Shown in pieces: positions 58,836 to 64,000 of a stretch of DNA of 64,000 bases. The position numbers and the translations under genes were made by a program. The notes under the pieces are model-generated. The model had not been told where the DNA came from and made no database searches. It worked only from the letters and a program-made list of their open reading frames with translations. How positions within the stretch are numbered: position 1 is the first letter of the stretch; every line of letters starts with the position of its first letter. The stretch is from Polyangiales bacterium (GTDB lineage Bacteria > Myxococcota_A > Polyangia > Polyangiales > Polyangiaceae): the NCBI GenBank assembly GCA_038231275.1, contig JBBRLQ010000001.1, positions 1-64,000 on the forward strand, read 5' to 3'.

Positions 58836-60608
58836 ATGCGCCCGTCGATCGTGGTCGTCCTCTCTGCGCTCGCCTTCGCGGCGGCGTGCAAGAAGGGCGA
58901 CGTCCATCACGACAACACGAGCACGACGGGCGCCGACGTCGACGGCGGCGGCGCGGATCCCGACGACGGCGGTCTCGCGAGCGAGCCCTCGGCCGACGCG
59001 TCGGTGACGGGCGACGGCGGCGACTGGACCGGACCGAAGATCGCCGCGCTCGAGTCGCCGACGCCGATCTTCAGCAAGATGGAGTGGCCGGCGAAGGATC
59101 CGTCGAAGGCGAGCGAGGATCGCAGGGGCACCATTCGGCTCGGGTACCTCCGCAAGGGCGCGATCCTGCCGGTGAAGGGCGAGCCGACGAAGTCGACGAG
59201 CTGCGCCGAGGGTTGGTACGAGCTCCTCGCCGGCGGCTACGTGTGCGGGAAATTCGTTACGACCGATCTCGCGCACAAAGAGCTCACGAAGGCGCCGCAC
59301 GTCCCGTTCACCGACGGACCGCTGCCCTACGAGTACGGCCTCAACCTCACGAACGGCACGCCGATGTACCGCCGCGCGCCGCTCCGCAAAGAGCGCGCGG
59401 AGTACGAGCGCGGCCTCGCGATCGGCCGCACCAAGAAGAAGAAGGACGGCGACGGCGACAACGGCGGTGCCGGAAGCAGCAGCAGCGGTGGCGGTGGCGG
59501 TGACACGGGCGGCGGCGGCGACGACAAGCCCTGGTTCCTGAAGGACCACGGAGGCCAGCGTCCCCAAGTCACGATGGACGACCTGAAGGGCGAGTCGCAG
59601 CTCATCGAGCAGCGCATGGTCCGCGGCTTCTACCTCGGCCTCGACAAAGAGATCCCCGCCTTCAGCGGCCGCATGTGGCGCACGACGCGCGGCATGTACG
59701 TCCCGCGCGATCACGTGCTCGTCCACAAGCCGAAGACCGAGTTCGAGGGCGTGTGGATGAACGGCGCGAGCGAGACGCGCAAGCTGCCGCTCGCGTGGAT
59801 CGTCGGCGTCAAGGGGTGGAAGCACGACTACGACGTCGACAACAAGCGCATGAAGCGCACCGACAAGCTCGATCGCTTCACGCTCATGCAGCTCACCGGC
59901 AAGCGCGAGCAGCTCGAGGGATACGGCTACCACGAGACGAGCGAGGGCTTCTGGATCCGCGACGCCGACGCCGCGATCACCCGCCCCGGCCCGCCGCCGA
60001 AGGATCTCGCGCAGGGCGAGAAGTGGATCGACGTCAACTTGTCGACGCAGACCGTCGTGGCCTTCGAGGGCGATCGCCCAGTCTTCGCGACGATCATCTC
60101 GAGCGGTCGCCACAACGACGAGGACACGGCCAAGGATCACCGCACCGTCCAAGGCTCGTTCCGGGTCACCGAGAAGCACATCGCGGCGACGATGGAGGCC
60201 GACACCGCGAGCGACGGCCCCTACAAGATCGAGGATGTTCCTTGGATCATGTACTTCGAGGGGAGCTACGCGCTTCATGGCGCGTTCTGGCACTCTAGCT
60301 TCGGCAAAGAGCGCAGCCACGGGTGCGTGAACATGCAGCCGATCGACGCGAAGGCGGTCTTCGCGTGGACGGGCCCGGCGCTCCCGAGCGGGTGGCACGG
60401 CGTGAAGGGCACCGACAAGAACCCCGGAACGCGCGTCGTCGTGCACGAGGATCCGAAGCCGAAGGACGAGCCGGGCGCGCCCGCAGCGTCGGGGTCCTCG
60501 CCGGCGAAATCGGCGGCGAAGAAGCCGGACAAGGCGGACAAGGCGGACAAGCCTGACAAGCCGGCGAAGCCGGACTCGAAGAAGAGCGACGACGACGACG
60601 ACGGCTGA
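58836..60608 (+). CDS. L,D-transpeptidase (YkuD) lipoprotein
   Basis: WIDVNLSTQT, ISSGR, ALHGAFWH..FG..SHGCVN. Confidence 0.92.
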   Translation: MRPSIVVVLSALAFAAACKKGDVHHDNTSTTGADVDGGGADPDDGGLASEPSADASVTGDGGDWTGPKIAALESPTPIFSKMEWPAKDPSKASEDRRGTIRLGYLRKGAILPVKGEPTKSTSCAEGWYELLAGGYVCGKFVTTDLAHKELTKAPHVPFTDGPLPYEYGLNLTNGTPMYRRAPLRKERAEYERGLAIGRTKKKKDGDGDNGGAGSSSSGGGGGDTGGGGDDKPWFLKDHGGQRPQVTMDDLKGESQLIEQRMVRGFYLGLDKEIPAFSGRMWRTTRGMYVPRDHVLVHKPKTEFEGVWMNGASETRKLPLAWIVGVKGWKHDYDVDNKRMKRTDKLDRFTLMQLTGKREQLEGYGYHETSEGFWIRDADAAITRPGPPPKDLAQGEKWIDVNLSTQTVVAFEGDRPVFATIISSGRHNDEDTAKDHRTVQGSFRVTEKHIAATMEADTASDGPYKIEDVPWIMYFEGSYALHGAFWHSSFGKERSHGCVNMQPIDAKAVFAWTGPALPSGWHGVKGTDKNPGTRVVVHEDPKPKDEPGAPAASGSSPAKSAAKKPDKADKADKPDKPAKPDSKKSDDDDDG

Positions 60609-60639
60609 ACGCGCTCTCTCCGGGCGCACGCGTCGTCGG

Positions 60640-63600
60640 CTACTTCGCGCGTGACTCCAGCGCGGCTTCCTCCGCGATGACGGCCTTGGACGCCGCCGTC
60701 ACCTGTGGGGTCGGCGCCAGGTCGGCCTGCTGCACCATCCCGAGGAGCTCACGAAGCCGCCGCGCCGTCTTGCGGAGCGCGCTCGCCGCAGGCGTATCCT
60801 TGCCGAGCGCGTGCGACGCCTCCGTGTTGCGCGTGAGCGCCTCGCACAGCGCGCGCGAGAGAGCGTGCTGCGCGCGCAGGCCTTCGAGCGGCGTCTTCAC
60901 GCGCGGGTCCATCGCGACGACGAGCGCGCGCGTCACGCTCTCGGCGTGGGCGCCTTCGCCGGAAGCGAGCTCCACGGTGTAGCGCCCCGGTAGCACCCAC
61001 GGGCCACGCGGCTCGGACGGAGTGTCACGCGGCACGGCCGACATCGGGAACGTGCGCTCCGCGACGCGCGGGCTCTCCTCATGGAGGTCCCACACGAATC
61101 GGTGGAGGCCTGCGGTGACGCCCAACGTCTGCGCCCGACGCTGCCAGTAGCTCGGGATCTGCCCGACGTCGGCGGCCGCCGGATGGACGTCGTCGTTGCG
61201 GAAGCGCCGGACCACCCGGCCGCTGTCGTCGCGGATCGAGAGCGTGAGGACGCCCGTGACGGCGTCGTGGAGCGCATAGTCGACGATGGCGCCGTCGGGC
61301 GGGTTCTCGCCGACAGGCTCGTCGGGCGGAATGGGAGTGTCGGTGTTCGTGCTGAACCTCACACGCAGCGCGATCTCCGGTAAAAATAGGCCGATTGGCG
61401 AAGACAGCGACGCACGTGAGAGCTGCCGCAACGGCGCGACGTCGTCCAGGATCCAGAAGCCGCGGCCGTGCGTGGCGAGCACGAGATCGTCGCCCTTCAC
61501 GATGAGATCGCGCACCGACGTGTTCGGCAGGTTCAGGCGCAGCGAAGCCCACGAGTCGCCCGCGTCCATCGAGACGAACACGGCGCGCTCGGTGCCGAGG
61601 TAGAGGAGGCCAGGCCGTGCAGGATCTTCGCGGATCGCATTCACATTCGCGCCGGCGGGCAGCCCATCGACGACGCGTTGCCACGTGGCGCCGCCGTCCC
61701 TCGTGCGCAGGACGTGCGGCCGAGGATCGTCGAGGCGTAGCGTGTTGATGGCGGCCCACGCGCAGTTGCGATCGACGTGCGACGCCTCGAGTCCCGCGAC
61801 CTTGGCCCACGGCGTGAGCACGGGCGGCGTCACGTCGCGCCAATGCTGACCGCCGTCCGTCGTCACGTGAAGGAGCCCGTCGTCGGTGCCGGCCCACAGG
61901 AGATCCTTGTCGAGCGGCGACGGCGCGAGCGCGTAGATGACGCCGCGACGCGACGGCGTTGCGGCTGCGGTGCCGGCGTAGACGCCAACGTTGGCGGGCA
62001 AGGACCACTCGGCGCGAGAGAGATCGGGGCTGATCGCCGTCCAGTGCTGCCCGCCGTCGCGCGTCTTCCACAGCCGATTGGCCGCATGGAAGAGCGTGCC
62101 CGCCTCGACGGGCGAGAACATCACCGGCACGGTGCGCACGACGCGATAGTCGGCATCGCTGCTCGCCGGCGTCCCCGGCCCGACGTCCTGCGCTTGCCCG
62201 GTGCGCCGGTCCCAACGCGAGACGCGCCCGCCGAACACCACGTCGGGATCGCGGGGATCGGGCGCGCCGAAGCCGTACTCGTCGAACGCCGCGGGGTGCC
62301 AGTCGCGCGCGGTGATCGCGCCGTCGTTGCCGCGGCTGGACACGCACGCCGACCCGCTCTCTTGCTGCCCGCCGCACACGCGGTACGGAAACGCGTCGTC
62401 CGCGGTGACGTGGAACATCTGCGCCGTGGGCTGGTTGTACCAAGAGCTGAACGTGCGCCCGCCGTTGACGGTGACGACGGCGCCCTGATCGGACCCGAGC
62501 AAGATCGTCTCGGGCCGCGCGGGATCGATCCAGATCTTCTGGTAGTCGTCGCCGCCCGGCGCGCCGCGGAACGCATGGAACGTCTTGCCGCCGTCCGTCG
62601 ACTTCCACGTGACGATGCTCGCCGTGAAGATCGTGTCGGGATCGCGCGGGTGCACCTTCACCTCGGCGAAGTCGTCGCCGCGATCGGTGACGCGCGCGTC
62701 GTCGGTGGTCCTCGTCCAGCTCTCGCCGCCGTCGTCGGAGCGGTAGAGGCCGCCCTTCGCGCGCGCGTCGACGGTCGCGTACATCCGCGACGGCAACGAC
62801 GGCGCGTACGTGAGGCCGATGCGCCCGAGCCCCTCGGCCTCGCCCGGCAAGCCGCGCGTGATCTTCCGCCACGTCGATCCGCCGTCCTTCGATTTGTAGA
62901 GACCGCTGCCAGGCCCGCGAAAGGTCCCGTTCTCCCAAGGCGCCTCGCGCGACTCCCAAAGCGCCGCGAGCAGCGTCTGCGGATCGCTCGGATCGATCAC
63001 GACGTCGGCGGCGCCCACGTCGGGACCGGCGCCCAAGACTTTCTGGACCGTCTCGCCGCCGTCCTTCGAGCGGTACAAGCCGCGCTCCTCGTTGGGGCCG
63101 TAGGGGTGACCGAGCACCGCGATGTAGAGACGCTCGGGGTTCTTCGGATCGACCACGATTTGCGGGATTTGCTGGCCGTCGCGCAGGCCGAGGTGCTTCC
63201 ACGTCGTGCCGCCGTCCTTCGACCGGTAGAGGCCGTCTCCCGTGGAGAGGTCGGGCCGCTGCATGCCCTCGCCGCTGCCCACGTAGACGACGTCGGGGCT
63301 CGACGGCGCCACCGCGATCGCGCCGATCGATGCCGAGTCCTGCGCGTCGAAGATGGGGGACCAGGTGCGCCCGTAGTCGTCGCTCCTGAAGACGCCGCCA
63401 TTGACCGCGCCGATGTAGAAGAGGCCGGGCCTCCCCGCGACGCCGGTGGCGGCCTTTACGCGACCTCCGCGAAACGGACCGATGTGCCTGTAGCGGAGCG
63501 CGGAGAGCCCCGCGGGCCCGAGGCCGACGAGGAGATCGGCCGACGAGATCGGGCCGGCGACGACGGATGGCCCATGCGTGTCGCTCGGTGCATGGCGGGC

Positions 63601-63678
63601 GACGACGGGAGCGGCGCGAGGCGGCGCGGCGCATGCGAGCGGGGCGGCGACGAGCAGCGAGACGAGCGCGAGGCGCAT
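60640..63678 (-). CDS. BNR/Asp-box repeat (VPS10/GH74-like) beta-propeller protein
   Basis: Repeated S.DGG.TW; IGPFRGGR; ATHGRGFWILDD. Confidence 0.88.
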   Translation of the reverse strand: MRLALVSLLVAAPLACAAPPRAAPVVARHAPSDTHGPSVVAGPISSADLLVGLGPAGLSALRYRHIGPFRGGRVKAATGVAGRPGLFYIGAVNGGVFRSDDYGRTWSPIFDAQDSASIGAIAVAPSSPDVVYVGSGEGMQRPDLSTGDGLYRSKDGGTTWKHLGLRDGQQIPQIVVDPKNPERLYIAVLGHPYGPNEERGLYRSKDGGETVQKVLGAGPDVGAADVVIDPSDPQTLLAALWESREAPWENGTFRGPGSGLYKSKDGGSTWRKITRGLPGEAEGLGRIGLTYAPSLPSRMYATVDARAKGGLYRSDDGGESWTRTTDDARVTDRGDDFAEVKVHPRDPDTIFTASIVTWKSTDGGKTFHAFRGAPGGDDYQKIWIDPARPETILLGSDQGAVVTVNGGRTFSSWYNQPTAQMFHVTADDAFPYRVCGGQQESGSACVSSRGNDGAITARDWHPAAFDEYGFGAPDPRDPDVVFGGRVSRWDRRTGQAQDVGPGTPASSDADYRVVRTVPVMFSPVEAGTLFHAANRLWKTRDGGQHWTAISPDLSRAEWSLPANVGVYAGTAAATPSRRGVIYALAPSPLDKDLLWAGTDDGLLHVTTDGGQHWRDVTPPVLTPWAKVAGLEASHVDRNCAWAAINTLRLDDPRPHVLRTRDGGATWQRVVDGLPAGANVNAIREDPARPGLLYLGTERAVFVSMDAGDSWASLRLNLPNTSVRDLIVKGDDLVLATHGRGFWILDDVAPLRQLSRASLSSPIGLFLPEIALRVRFSTNTDTPIPPDEPVGENPPDGAIVDYALHDAVTGVLTLSIRDDSGRVVRRFRNDDVHPAAADVGQIPSYWQRRAQTLGVTAGLHRFVWDLHEESPRVAERTFPMSAVPRDTPSEPRGPWVLPGRYTVELASGEGAHAESVTRALVVAMDPRVKTPLEGLRAQHALSRALCEALTRNTEASHALGKDTPAASALRKTARRLRELLGMVQQADLAPTPQVTAASKAVIAEEAALESRAK

Positions 63679-63686
63679 GGCGCGAG

Positions 63687-64000
63687 CTAAATCCCCGCGG
63701 TCATGCGCGCGCGGCGGAGGAGCGCGAAGATCCGGGCGCCGAGCTCGGGCGCACGGAATGGCTTCACGACGAAATCGTCGGCGCCGCTCGCGAACGCGGC
63801 GACGATGTCCGTCGACGAGCTGTGGCCGCTGAGGAACAGCACCGGCAAGCCCGCGATCGGCGCCTCGTGGCGGATCCGCTTGCAGAGGTCGAGGCCGCTC
63901 ATCCCCGGCAAATTCCAGTCGAGAACGACGAGATCGAACGTGCCGTCTTGAACGAGCTCGAGCGCCTGCTCCGCGCTCGTCGCGCGTCCCGTGGTGAGGC
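63687..64000 (-). CDS. Response regulator receiver domain (5' truncated by window)
   Basis: LVVLDWNLPGMSGLDLC, PVLFLS, GADDFVVKPF. Confidence 0.88.
   Translation of the reverse strand, partial: LTTGRATSAEQALELVQDGTFDLVVLDWNLPGMSGLDLCKRIRHEAPIAGLPVLFLSGHSSSTDIVAAFASGADDFVVKPFRAPELGARIFALLRRARMTAGI

Overview
High-GC bacterial DNA whose gene content suggests a myxobacterium, probably Polyangiales-like (inference from Ser/Thr kinases, PEGA, DUF2330, MYXO-CTERM-like tails and many Cys-rich lipoproteins). About 50 credible CDS are present. Housekeeping genes include proB, cdd, purine nucleoside phosphorylase, coaD, thiolase, 3-hydroxyacyl-CoA dehydrogenase, an M20 dipeptidase, ruvA and an L,D-transpeptidase. 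Notable items: (1) a 3.35-kb integrase-less island in tRNA-Ser(CGA), with a 55-bp att repeat, inverted 12-bp-period arm-like repeats and a frame that would be restored across attP on excision; its cargo is a lipoprotein with a DNRLRE-like domain, 7 Notch-like EGF repeats, FN3 and CxxCH. (2) A three-gene operon with two hydrazine-synthase-alpha-like heme lipoproteins (one with three non-canonical CXnCH domains) flanking a HEAT protein, behind a putative sigma54 promoter. (3) Three tandem DUF2330 surface proteins plus a cytochrome-like lipoprotein and a ruvA with an apparent CTG start. (4) A kinase/ECF sigma locus with decayed remnants. (5) A non-phage lipoprotein carrying an S74 tail-fibre chaperone domain. 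Family assignments come from motif recognition by eye; no database searches were run. Start codons were often re-chosen relative to the ORF track.
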